Position numbers and translations under genes: made by a program
Shown: positions 1 through 12,000 of the stretch, piece after piece
Layout of the letters: every line of letters starts with the position of its first letter
How positions within the stretch are numbered: position 1 is the first letter of the stretch
Notes under the pieces: generated by a model
Databases searched by the model: none
Seen by the model: only the letters and a program-made list of their open reading frames with translations
What the model was told of the DNA's origin: nothing
Assembly (NCBI GenBank): GCA_051313645.2
Contig: JBNRSN020000028.1
Location: 15,004,001 to 15,068,000 of the forward strand
Length of the DNA stretch: 64,000 bases
DNA from: Centroscyllium fabricii
Lineage: Eukaryota
Reading direction: 5' to 3'

Positions 1-3000
1 GAGTGTGTTGTCAGTGTGTCTTGTATCAACAGGTGTCCGTGGTGAGGAAGGGATTGAGTGTGTTGTCAGTGTGTCTTGTATCAGCAGGAGTCCGTGGTGA
101 GGAGGGGATTGAGTGTGTTGTCAGTGTGTCTTGTATTAGCAGGAGTCCGTGGTGAGATGAGGATTGAGTGTGTTGCCAGTGGGTCTTGTATTAGCAGGGT
201 ACGTGGTGAGGAGGGGATTGAGTGTGTTGTCAGTGTGTCTTGTATTAGCAGGAGTCCGTGGTGAGGAGGCGATTGAGCGTGTTGTCAGTGTGTCTTGTAT
301 TAGCAGGAGTCCGTGGTTAGGAGGGGATTGAGTGAGTTGTCAGTGTGTCTTGTATTAGCAGGGGTCCGTGGTGAGGAGGGGATTGAGTGTGTTGTCAGTG
401 TGTCTTGTATCAGCAGGGTCCGTGGTGAGGAGGGGATTGACTGCGTTGTCAGTGTTTCTTGTATTAGCAGGAGTCCGTGGTGAGGAGGAGATTGAGTGTG
501 TTGTCAGTGTGTCTTGTATTAGAGGAATCCGTGGTGAGATGGGGATTGAGTGTGTTGTCACTGTGTCTTGTATTAGCAGGAGTCCGTGTTAAGGAGGGGA
601 TTGAGTGTGTTGCCAGTGGGTCTTGTATTAGCAGGCTCCGTGGTGAGGAGGGGATTGAGTGTGTTGTCAGTGTGTCTTGTATCAGCAGGTGTCCGTGGTG
701 AGGAAGGGATTGAGTGTGTTGTCAGTGTGTCTTGTAGTAGCAGGAGTCCGTGGTGAGGAGCGGATTGAGCGTGTTGTCAGTGTGTCTTGCATTAGAAGGA
801 GTCCGTGTTGAGGAGGGGATTGAGTTTGTTGCCAGTGTGTCTTGTATCAGCAGGAGTCCGTGGTGAGGAGGGGATTGACTGTGTTGTCAGTGTGTCTTGT
901 ATTAGCAGGAGTCCGTGGTGAGATGAGGATTGAGTGTGTTGCCAGTGGGTCTTGTATTAGCAGGGTACGTGGTGAGGAGGGGATTGAGTGTGTTGTCAGT
1001 GTGTCTTGTATCAGCAGGAGTCCGTGGTGAGGAGGGGATTGAGCGTGTTGTCAGTGTGTCTTGTATTAGCAGGAGTCCGTGGTGAGGAGGGGATTGAGCG
1101 TGTTGTCAGTGTGTCTTGTATTAGCAGGAGTCCGTGGTAAGCAGGGGATTGAGTGTGCTGTCAGTGTGTTTTGTATTAGCAGGGGTCCGTGGTGAGGATG
1201 GGATTGAGGGTGTTGTCAGTGTGCCTTGTATTAGCAGGAGTCCGTGGTGAGGAGGGGATTGAGTGTGTTGTCAGTGTGTCTTGTATTAGCAGGAGTCCGT
1301 GGTGGGGAGGGGATTGAGTGTGTTGTCAGTGTGTCTTGTATCAGCAGGAGTCCGTGGTGAGGAGGGGATTGAGTGTGTTGTCAGTGTGTCTTGTATTAGC
1401 AGGTATCCGTGGTGAGATGAGGATTGAGTGTGTTGCCAGTGGGTCTTGTATTAGCAGGGTACGTGGTGAGGAGGGGATTGAGTGTGTTGTCAGTGTGTCT
1501 TGTATCAGCAGGAGTCCGTGGTGAGGAGGGGATTGAGCGTGTTGTCAGTTTGTCTTGTATTAGCAGGAGTCCGTGGTGATAAGGCGATTGAGCGTGTTGT
1601 CAGTGTGCTTGTATTAGCAGGAGTCCGTGGTTAGGAGGGGATTGAGTGTGTTGTCAGTGTGTCTTGTATTAGCAGGGGTCCGTGGTGAGGAGGGGATTGA
1701 GTGTGTTGTCAGTTTGTCTTGTATCAGCAGGGTCCGTGGTGAGGAGGGGATTGACTGTGTTGTCAGTGTGTCTTGTATTAGCAGGAGTCCGTGGTGAGGA
1801 GGAGATTGAGTGTGTTGTCAGTGTGTCTTGTATTAGAGGAGTCCGTGGTGAGATGGGGATTGAGTGTGTTGTCACTGTGTCTTTTATTAGCAGGAGTCCG
1901 TGTTAAGGAGGGGATTGAGTGTGTTGTCAGTGTGTCTTGTATCAGCAGGTGTCCGTGGTGAGGAAGGGATTGAGTGTGTTGTCAGTGTGTCTTGTAGTAG
2001 CAGGAGTCCGTGGTGAGGAGGGGATTGAGCGTGTTGTCAGTGTGTCTTGTATTAGAAGGAGTCCGTGTTGAGGAGGGGATTGAGTTTGTTGCCAGTGTGT
2101 CTTGTATCAGCAGGAGTCCGTGGTGAGGAGGGGATTGACTGTGTTGTCAGTGTGTCTTGTATTAGCAGGAGTCCGTGGTGAGATGAGGATTGAGTGTGTT
2201 GCCAGTGGGTCTTGTATTAGCAGGGTACGTGGTGAGGAGGGGATTGAGTGTGTTGTCAGTGTGTCTTGTATCAGCAGGAGTCCGTGGTGAGGAGGGGATT
2301 GAGCGTGTTGTCAGTGTGTCTTGTATTAGCAGGAGTCCGTGGTGAGGAGGGGATTGAGCGTGTTGTCAGTGTGTCTTGTATTAGCAGGAGTCCGTGGTAA
2401 GGAGAGGATTGAGTGTGCTGTCAGTGTGTCTTGTATTAGCAGGTGTCCGTGGTGAGGATGGGATTGAGGGTGTTGTCAGTGTGTCTTGTATTAGCAGGAG
2501 TCCGTGGTGAGGAGGGGATTGAGTGTGTTGTCAGTGTGTCTTGTATTAGCAGGAGTCCGTGGTGGGGAGGGGATTGAGTGTGTTGTCAGTGTGTCTTGTA
2601 TCAGCAGGAGTCCGTGGTGAGGAGGGGATTGAGTGTGTTGTCAGTGTGTCTTGTATTAGCAGGAGACCGTGGTGAGGAGGGGATTCAGTGTGTTGTCAGT
2701 GTGTCTTGTATCAGCAGGAGTCCGTGGTGAGGAGGGGATTGAGTGTGTTGTCAGTGTGTCTTGTATCAGCAGGAGTCCGTGGTGAGGAGGGGATTGAGTG
2801 TGTTGTCAGTGTGTCTTGTATTAGCAGGAGTCCGTGGTGAGATGAGGATTGAGTGTGTTGCCAGTGGGTCTTGTATTAGCAGGGTACGTGGTGAGGAGGG
2901 GATTGAGTGTGTTGTCAGTGTGTCTTGTATCAGCAGGAGTCCGTGGTGAGGAGGGGATTGAGCGTGTTGTCAGTGTGTCTTGTATTAGCAGGAGTCCGTG

Positions 3001-6000
3001 GTGAGGAGGCGATTGAGCGTGTTGTCAGTGTGTCTTGTATTAGCAGGAGTCCGTGGCGAGGAGGTGATAAAGTGTGTTGTCAGTGTGCCTTGTATTAGCA
3101 GGAGTCCGTGGTTAGGAGGGGATTGAGTGTGTTGTCAGTGTGTCTTGTATTAGCAGGGGTCCGTGGTGAGGAGGGGATTGAGTGTGTTGCCAGTGGGTCT
3201 TGTATTAGCAGGGGTCCGTGGTGAGGAGGGGATTGAGCGTGTTGTCAGTGTGTTTTGTATTAGCAGGAGTCCGTGGTGAGGAGGGGATTGAGTGTGTTGT
3301 CAGTGTGTTTTGTATTAGCAGGGGTCCGTGGTGAGGAGAGGATTGAGTGTGTTGTCAGAGTGTCTTGTATTAGCAGGAGTCCGTGGTGAGCAGGGGATTG
3401 AGTGTGTTGTCAGTGTGTCTTGTATCAGCAGGGTCCGTGGTGAGGAGGGGATTGAGTGTGTTGTCAGTGTGTCTTATATTAGCAGGGTCCGTGGTGAGGA
3501 GGCGATTGAGTGTGTTGTCAGTGTGTCTTGTATTAGTAGGGGTCCGTGGTGAGATGAGGATTGAGTGTGTTGCCAGTGGGTCTTGTATTAGCAGGGTACG
3601 TGGTGAGGAGCGGATTGTGTGTGTTGTCAGTGTGTCTTGTATTAGCAGGAGTCCGTGGTGAGGAGGCGATTGAGCGTGTTGTCAGTGTGTCTTGTATTAG
3701 CAGGAGTCCGTGGTTAGGAGGGGATTGAGTGTGTTGTCAGTGTGTCTTGTATTAGCAGGGGTCCGTGGTGAGGAGGGGATTGAGTGTGTTGTCAGTGTGT
3801 CTTGTATCAGCAGGGTCCGTGGTGAGGAGGGGATTGAATGTGTTGTCAGTGTGTCTTGTATTAGCAGGAGTCCGTGGTGAGGAGGAGATTGAGTGTGTTG
3901 TCAGTGTGTCTTGTATTAGAGGAGTCCGTGGTGAGATGGGGATTGAGTGTGTTGTCACTGTGTCTTGTATTAGCAGGAGTCCGTGTTAAGGAGGGGATTG
4001 AGTGTGTTGCCAGTGGGTCTTGTATTAGCAGGCTCCGTGGTGAGGAGGGGATTGAGTGTGTTGTCAGTGTGTCTTGTATCAGCAGGTGTCCGTGGTGAGG
4101 AAGGGATTGAGTGTGTTGTCAGTGTGTCTTGTAGTAGCAGGAGTCCGTGGTGAGGAGGGGATTGAGCGTGTTGTCAGTGTGTCTTGTATTAGAAGGAGTC
4201 CGTGTTGAGGAGGGGATTGAGTTTGTTGCCAGTGTGTCTTGTATCAGCAGGAGTCCGTGGTGAGGAGGGGATTGAGTGTGTTGTCAGTGTGTCTTCCATT
4301 AGCAGGAGTCCGTGTTGAGGAGGGGATTGGGTGTGTTGTCAGTGTGCCTTGTATTAGCAGGGTCCGGGGTGAGATGGGGATTGAGTGTGTTGTCAGTGTG
4401 TCTTGTATTAGCAGGAGTCCGTGGTGAGGAGGGGATTGAGTGTGTTGTCAGTGTGTCTTGTATTAGCAGGGGTCCGTGTTGAGGAGGGGATTGAGTGTGT
4501 TGTCAGTGTGTCTTGTATTAGCAGGGGTCCGTGTTGAGGAGACGATTGAGTGTGTTGTCAGTGTGTCTTGTATTAGCAGGAGTCCGTGTTGAGGAGGGGA
4601 TTGAGTGTGTTGTCAGTGTGTCTTGTATTAGCAGGAGTCCGTGGTGAGGAGGGGATTGTGTGTGTTGTCAGTGTGTCTTGTATTAGCAGGAGTCCGTGGT
4701 GAGGAGGGGATTGTGTGTGTTGTCAGTGTGTCTTGTATTAGCAGGAGTCCGTGGTGAGGAGGGGATTGTGTGTGTTGTCAGTGTGTCTTGTATTAGCAGG
4801 AGTCCGTGGTGAGGAGGGGATTGTGTGTGTTGTCAGTGTGTCTTGTATTAGCAGGAGTCCGTGGTGAGGAGGGGATTGAATGTGTTGTCAGTGTGTCTTG
4901 TATTAGCAGGAGTCCGTGGTGAGATGGCGATTGAGTGTGTTGTCAGTGTGTCTTGTATTAGCATGGTCCGTGGTGAGGAGGGGATTGAGTGTGTTGTCAG
5001 TGTGTCTTCTATTAGCAGGAGTCCGTGGTGAGATGGGGATTGAGTGTGTTGTCAGTGTGTCTTATATTAGCAGGAGTCCGTGGGGAGATGGAGATTGAGT
5101 GTGTTGTCAGTGTGTCTTGTATTAGCGGGAGTCCGTGGTGAGAAGGGGATTGAGTGTTTTGTCAGTGTGTCTTGTATTAGCAGGGTCCGTGTTGAGGAGG
5201 GGATTGAGGGCGTTGTCAGTGTGTCTTATATTAGCAGGGGTCCCTGGTGAGGAGGGGATTGAGTGTGTTGTCAGTGTGTCTTGTATTAGCAGGGGTCCGT
5301 GGTGAGGAGGAGATTGAGTGTGTTGTCAGTGTGTCTTCTATTAGCGGGGTCCGTGGTGAGGAGGCGATTGAGTGTTTTGTCAGTGTGTCTTGTATTTGCA
5401 GGGTCCGTGGTGAGGAGGGGATTGAGTGTGTTGTCAGTGTGTCTTGTATTAGCAGGGTCCGTGGTGCGGAGGGGATGAGTGTGTTGTCAGTGTGTCTTGA
5501 ATTAGCAGGAGTCCGTGGTGAGGAGGGGATTGAGTGTGTTGTCAGTGTGTCTTGTATCACCAGGGTCCGTGGTGAGGAGGGGATTGAGTGTGTTGTCAGT
5601 GTGTCTTGTATTAGCAGGGTCCGTGGTGAGGAGGCGATTGAGTGTGTTGTCAGTGTGTCTTGTATTAGTAGGGGTCCGTGGTGAGGAGGTGATTGAGTGT
5701 GTTGTCAGTGTGTCTTGTATTAGCAGGGTCCGTGGTGAGATGGGGATTGAGTGTGTTGTCAGTGTGTCTTCTATTAGCAGGAGTCCATGGTGAGGAAGGG
5801 ATTGAGTGTGTTGCCAGTGGGTCTTGTATTAGCAGGGTCCGTGGTGAGGAGGTGATTGAGTGTGTTGCCAGTGGGTCTTGTATCAGCAGGGGTCCGTGGT
5901 GAGGACCGGATTGAGTGTATTGTAAGTGTGTCTTGTATTAGCAGGAGTCCGCGGTGAGGAGGGGATTGAGTGTGTTGTCAGTGTGTCTTGTATTAGCAGG

Positions 6001-9000
6001 GGTCCGTGGTGAGGAGGGGATTGAGGGTGTTGTCAGTGTGTCTTGTATTAGCAGGAGTCCGTGGCGAGGAGGGGATTAAGTGTGTTGTCAGTGTGTCTTG
6101 TATTAGCAGGAGTCCGTGGTTAGGAGGGGATTGAGTGTGTTGTCAGTGTGTCTTGTATTAGCAGGGGTCCGTGGTGAGGAAGGGATTGAGTGTGTTGTCA
6201 GTGTGTCTTGTATCAGCAGGGTCCGTGGTGAGGAGGGGATTGAGTGTGTTGTCAGTGTGTCTTGTATTAGCAGGAGTCCGTGGTGAGGAGGAGATTGAGT
6301 GTGTTGTCAGTGTGTCTTGTATTAGCAGGGGTCCGGGTTGAGGAGGGGATTGAGTTTGTTGTCAGTGTGTCTTGTATTAGCAGGAGTCCGTGGTAAGGAG
6401 GGGATTGAGTGTGCTGTCAGTGTGTCTTGTATTAGCAGGTGTCCGTGGTGAGGATGGGATTGAGGGTGTTGTCAGTGTGTCTTGTATTAGCAGGAGTCCG
6501 TGGTGAGGAGGGGATTGAGTGTGTTGTCAGTGTGTCTTGTATTAGCAGGAGTCCGTGGTGGGGAGGGGATTGAGTGTGTTGTCAGTGTGTCTTGTATCAG
6601 CAGGAGTCCGTGGTGAGGAGGGGATTGAGTGTGTTGTCAGTGTGTCTTGTATTAGCAGGAGTCCGTGGTGAGGAGGGGATTCAGTGTGTTGTCAGTGTGT
6701 CTTGTATCAGCAGGAGTCCGTGGTGAGGAGGGGATTGAGTGTGTTGTCAGTGTGTCTTGTATCAGCAGGAGTCCGTGGTGAGGAGGGGATTGAGTGTGTT
6801 GTCAGTGTGTCTTGTATTAGCAGGAGTCCGTGGTGAGACGAGGATTGAGTGTGTTGCCAGTGGGTCTTGTATTAGCAGGGTACGTGGTGAGGAGGGGATT
6901 GAGTGTGTTGTCAGTGTGTCTTGTATCAGCAGGAGTCCGTGGTGAGGAGGGGATTGAGCGTGTTGTCAGTGTGTCTTGTATTAGCAGGAGTCCGTGGTGA
7001 GGAGGCGATTGAGCGTGTTGTCAGTGTGTCTTGTATTAGCAGGAGTCCGTGGCGAGGAGGGGATAAAGTGTGTTGTCAGTGTGTCTTGTATTAGCAGGAG
7101 TCCGTGGTTAGGAGGGGATTGAGTGTGTTGTCAGTGTGTCTTGTATTAGCAGGGGTCCGTGGTGAGGAGGGGATTGAGTGTGTTGCCAGTGGGTCTTGTA
7201 TTAGCAGGGGTCCGTGGTGAGGAGGGGATTGAGCGTGTTGTCAGTGTGTTTTGTATTAGCAGGAGTCCGTGGTGAGGAGGGGATTGAGTGTGTTGTCAGT
7301 GTGTTTTGTATTAGCAGGGGTCCGTGGTGAGGAGAGGATTGAGTGTGTTGTCAGAGTGTCTTGTATTAGCAGGAGTCCGTGGTGAGCAGGGGATTGAGTG
7401 TGTTGTCAGTGTGTCTTGTATCAGCAGGGTCCGTGGTGAGGAGGGGATTGAGTGTGTTGTCAGTGTGTCTTATATTAGCAGGGTCCGTGGTGAGGAGGCG
7501 ATTGAGTGTGTTGTCAGTGTGTCTTGTATTAGTAGGGGTCCGTGGTGAGATGAGGATTGAGTGTGTTGCCAGTGGGTCTTGTATTAGCAGGGTACGTGGT
7601 GAGGAGGGGATTGAGTGTGTTGTCAGTGTGTCTTGTATTAGCAGGAGTCCGTGGTGAGGAGGCGATTGAGCGTGTTGTCAGTGTGTCTTGTATTAGCAGG
7701 AGTCCGTGGTTAGGAGGGGATTGAGTGTGTTGTCAGTGTGTCTTGTATTAGCAGGGGTCCGTGGTGAGGAGGGGATTGAGTGTGTTGTCAGTGTGTCTTG
7801 TATCAGCAGGGTCCGTGGTGAGGAGGGGATTGAATGTGTTGTCAGTGTGTCTTGTATTAGCAGGAGTCCGTGGTGAGGAGGAGATTGAGTGTGTTGTCAG
7901 TGTGTCTTGTATTAGAGGAGTCCGTGGTGAGATGGGGATTGAGTGTGTTGTCACTGTGTCTTGTATTAGCAGGAGTCCGTGTTAAGGAGGGGATTGAGTG
8001 TGTTGCCAGTGGGTCTTGTATTAGCAGGCTCCGTGGTGAGGAGGGGATTGAGTGTGTTGTCAGTGTGTCTTGTATCAGCAGGTGTCCGTGGTGAGGAAGG
8101 GATTGAGTGTGTTGTCAGTGTGTCTTGTAGTAGCAGGAGTCCGTGGTGAGGAGGGGATTGAGCGTGTTGTCAGTGTGTCTTGTATTAGAAGGAGTCCGTG
8201 TTGAGGAGGGGATTGAGTTTGTTGCCAGTGTGTATTGTATCAGCAGGAGTCCGTGGTGAGGAGGGGATTGACTGTGTTGTCAGTGTGTCTTGTATTAGCA
8301 GGAGTCCGTGGTGAGATGAGGATTGAGTGTGTTGCCAGTGGGTCTTGTATTAGCAGGGTAAGTGGTGAGGAGGGGATTGAGTGTGTTGTCAGTGTGTCTT
8401 GTATCAGCAGGAGTCCGTGGTGAGGAGGGGATTGAGCGTTTTGTCAGTGTGTCTTGTATTAGCAGGAGTCCGTGGTGATAAGGCGATTGAGCGTGTTGTC
8501 AGTGTGTCTTGTATTAGCAGGAGTCCGTGGTTAGGAGGGGATTGAGTGTGTTGTCAGTGTGTCTTGTATTAGCAGGGGTCCGTGGTGAGGAGGGGATTGA
8601 GTGTGTTGTCAGTGTGTCTTGTATCAGCAGGGTCCGTGGTGAGGAGGGGATTGACTGTGTTGTCAGTGTGTCTTGTATTAACAGGAGTCCGTGGTGAGGA
8701 GATTGAGTGTGTTGTCAGAGTGTCTTGTATTAGAGGAGTCCGTGGTGAGATGGGGATTGAGTGTGTTGTCAGTGTGTCTTGTATTAGCAGGAGTCCGTGT
8801 TAAGGAGGGGATTGAGTGTGTTGTCAGTGTGTCTTGTATTAGCAGGCTCCGTGGTGAGGAGGGGATTGAGTGTGTTGTCAGTGTGTCTTGTATCAGCAGG
8901 TGTCCGTGGTGAGGAAGGGATTGAGTGTGTTGTCAGTGTGTCTTGTACTAGCAGGAGTCCGTGGTGAGGAGGGGATTGAGCGTGTTGTCAGTGTGTCTTG

Positions 9001-12000
9001 TATTAGAAGGAGTCCGTGTTGAGGAGGGGATTGAGTTTGTTGCCAGTGTGCCTTGTATCAGCAGGAGTCCGTGGTGAGGAGGGGATTGACTGTGTTGTCA
9101 GTGTGTCTTGTATCAGCAGGAGTCCGTGGTGAGGAGGGGATTGAGCGTGTTGTCAGTGTGTCTTGTATTAGCAGGAGTCCGTGGTGAGGAGGGGATTGAG
9201 CGTGTTGTCAGTGTGTCTTGTATTAGCAGGAGTCCGTGGTAAGGAGGGGATTGAGTGTGCTGTCAGTGTGTCTTGTATTAGCAGGAGTCCGTGGTGAGGA
9301 TGGGATTGAGGGTGTTGTCAGTGTGTCTTGTATTAGCAGGAGTCCGTGGTGAGATGAGGATTGAGTGTGTTGCCAGTGGGTCTTGTATTAGCAGGGTACG
9401 TGGTGAGGAGGGGATTGAGTGTGTTGTCAGTGTGTCTTGTATCAGCAGGAGTCCGTGGTGAGGAGGGGATTGAGCGTGTTGTCAGTTTGTCTTGTATTAG
9501 CAGGAGTCCGTGGTGATAAGGCGATTGAGCGTGTTGTCAGTGTGTCTTGTATTAGCAGGAGTCCGTGGTTAGGAGGGGATTGAATGTGTTGTCAGTGTGT
9601 CTTGTATTAGCAGGGGTCCGTGGTGAGGAGGGGATTGAGTGTGTTGTCAGTGTGTCTTGTATCAGCAGGGTCCGTGGTGAGGAGGGGATTGACTGTGTTG
9701 TCAGTGTGTCTTGTATTAGCAGGAGTCCGTGGTGAGGAGGAGATTGAGTGTGTTGTCAGTGTGTCTTGTATTAGAGGAGTCCGTGGTGAGATGGGGATTG
9801 AGTGTGTTGTCACTGTGTCTTTTATTAGCAGGAGTCCGTGTTAAGGAGGGGATTGAGTGTGTTGTCAGTGTGTCTTGTATCAGCAGGTGTCCGTGGTGAG
9901 GAAGGGATTGAGTGTGTTGTCAGTGTGTCTTGTATTAGAAGGGGTCCGTGTTGAGGAGGGGATTGAGTTTGTTGCCAGTGTGTCTTGTATCAGCAGGAGT
10001 CCGTGGTGAGGAGGGGATTGACTGTGTTGTCAGTGTGTCTTGTATTAGCAGGAGTCCGTGGTGAGATGAGGATTGAGTGTGTTGCCAGTGGGTCTTGTAT
10101 TAGCAGGGTACGTGGTGAGGAGGGGATTGAGTGTGTTGTCAGTGTGTCTTGTATCAGCAGGAGTCCGTGGTGAGGAGGGGATTGAGCGTGTTGTCAGTGT
10201 GTCTTGTATTAGCAGGAGTCCGTGGTAAGGAGGGGATTGAGTGTGCTGTCAGTGTGTCTTGTATTAGCAGGGGTCCGTGGTGAGGATGGGATTGAGGGTG
10301 TTGTCAGTGTGTCTTGTATTAGCAGGAGTCCGTGGTGGGGAGGGGATTGAGTGTGTTGTCAGTGTGTCTTTTATCAGCAGGAGTCCGTGGTGAGGAGGGG
10401 ATTGAGTGTGTTGTCAGTGTGTCTTGTATTAGCAGGAGTCCGTGGTGAGGAGGGGATTGAGCGTGTTGTCAGTGTGTCTTGTATCAGCAGGAGTCCGTGG
10501 TGAGGAGGGGATTGAGTGTGTTGTCAGTGTGTCTTGTATTAGCAGGAGTCCGTGGTGAGGAGGGGATTGAGCGTGTTGTCAGTGTGTCTTGCATTAGCAG
10601 GAGTCCGTGGTGAGGAGGCGATTGAGCGTGTTGTCAGTGTGTTTTGTATTAGCAGGAGTCCGTGGTGAGGAGGGGATTGAGTGTGTTGTCAGTGTGTCTT
10701 GTATCAGCAGGAGTCCGTGGTGAGGAGGGGATTGAGTGTGTTGTCAGTGTGTCTTGTATTAGCAGGAGTCCGTGGTGAGATGAGGATTGAGTGTGTTGCC
10801 AGTGGGTCTTGTATTAGCAGGAGTCCGTGGTGAGGAGGCGATTGAGCGTGTTGTCAGTGTGTCTTGTATTAGCAGGAGTCCGTGGCGAGGAGGGGATAAA
10901 GTGTGTTGTCAGTGTGTCTTGTATTAGCAGGAGTCCGTGGTTAGGAGGGGATTGAGTGTGTTGTCAGTGTGTCTTGTATTAGCAGGGGTCCGTGGTGAGG
11001 AGGGGATTGAGTGTGTTGCCAGTGGGTCTTGTATTAGCAGGGGTCCGTGGTGAGGAGGGGCTTGAGCGTGTTGTCAGTGTGTTTTGTATTAGCAGGAGTC
11101 CGTGGTGAGGAGGGGATTGAGTGTGTTGTCAGTATGTCTTGTATTAGCAGGGGTCCGTGGTGAGGAGAGGATTGAGTGTGTTGTCAGAGTGTCTTGTATT
11201 AGCAGGAGACCGTGGTGAGCAGGGGATTGAGTGTGTTGTCAGTGTGTCTTGTATCAGCAGGGTCCGTGGTGAGGAGGGGATTGAGTGTGTTGTCAGTGTG
11301 TCTTGTATTAGCAGGGTACGTGGTGAGGAGGCGATTGAGTGTGTTGTCAGTGTGTTTTGTATTAGTAGGGGTCCGTGGTGAGATGAGGATTGAGTGTGTT
11401 GCCAGTGGGTCTTGTATTAGCAGGGTACGTGGTGAGGAGGGGATTGAGTGTGTTGTCAGTGTGTCTTGTATTAGCAGGAGTCCGTGGTGAGGAGGCGATT
11501 GAGCGTGTTGTCAGTGTGTCTTGTATTAGCAGGAGTCCGTGGTTAGGAGGGGATTGAGTGTGTTGTCAGTGTGTCTTGTATTAGCAGGGGTCCGTGGTGA
11601 GGAGGGGATTGAGTGTGTTGTCAGTGTGTCTTGTATCAGCAGGGTCCGTGGTGAGGAGGGGATTGACTGTGTTGTCAGTGTGTCTTGTATTAGCAGGAGT
11701 CCGTGGTGAGGAGGAGATTGAGTGCGTTGTCAGTGTGTCTTGTATTAGAGGAGTCCGTGGTGAGATGGGGATTGAGTGTGTTGTCACTGTGTCTTGTATT
11801 AGCAGGAGTCCGTGTTAAGGAGGGGATTGAGTGTGTTGCCAGTGGGTCTTGTATTAGCAGGCTCCGTGGTGAGGAGGGGATTGAGTGTGTTGTCAGTGTG
11901 TCTTGTATCAGCAGGTGTCCGTGGTGAGGACGGGATTGAGTGTGTTGTCAGTGTGTCTTGTAGTAGCAGGAGTCCGTGGTGAGGAGGGGATTGAGCGTGT

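Noticed and set aside
316-330. Telomere-like GGTTAGGAGGGG monomer variant
   Set aside because: A single substitution (GGTGAGG to GGTTAGG); no TTAGGG tandem runs were seen.
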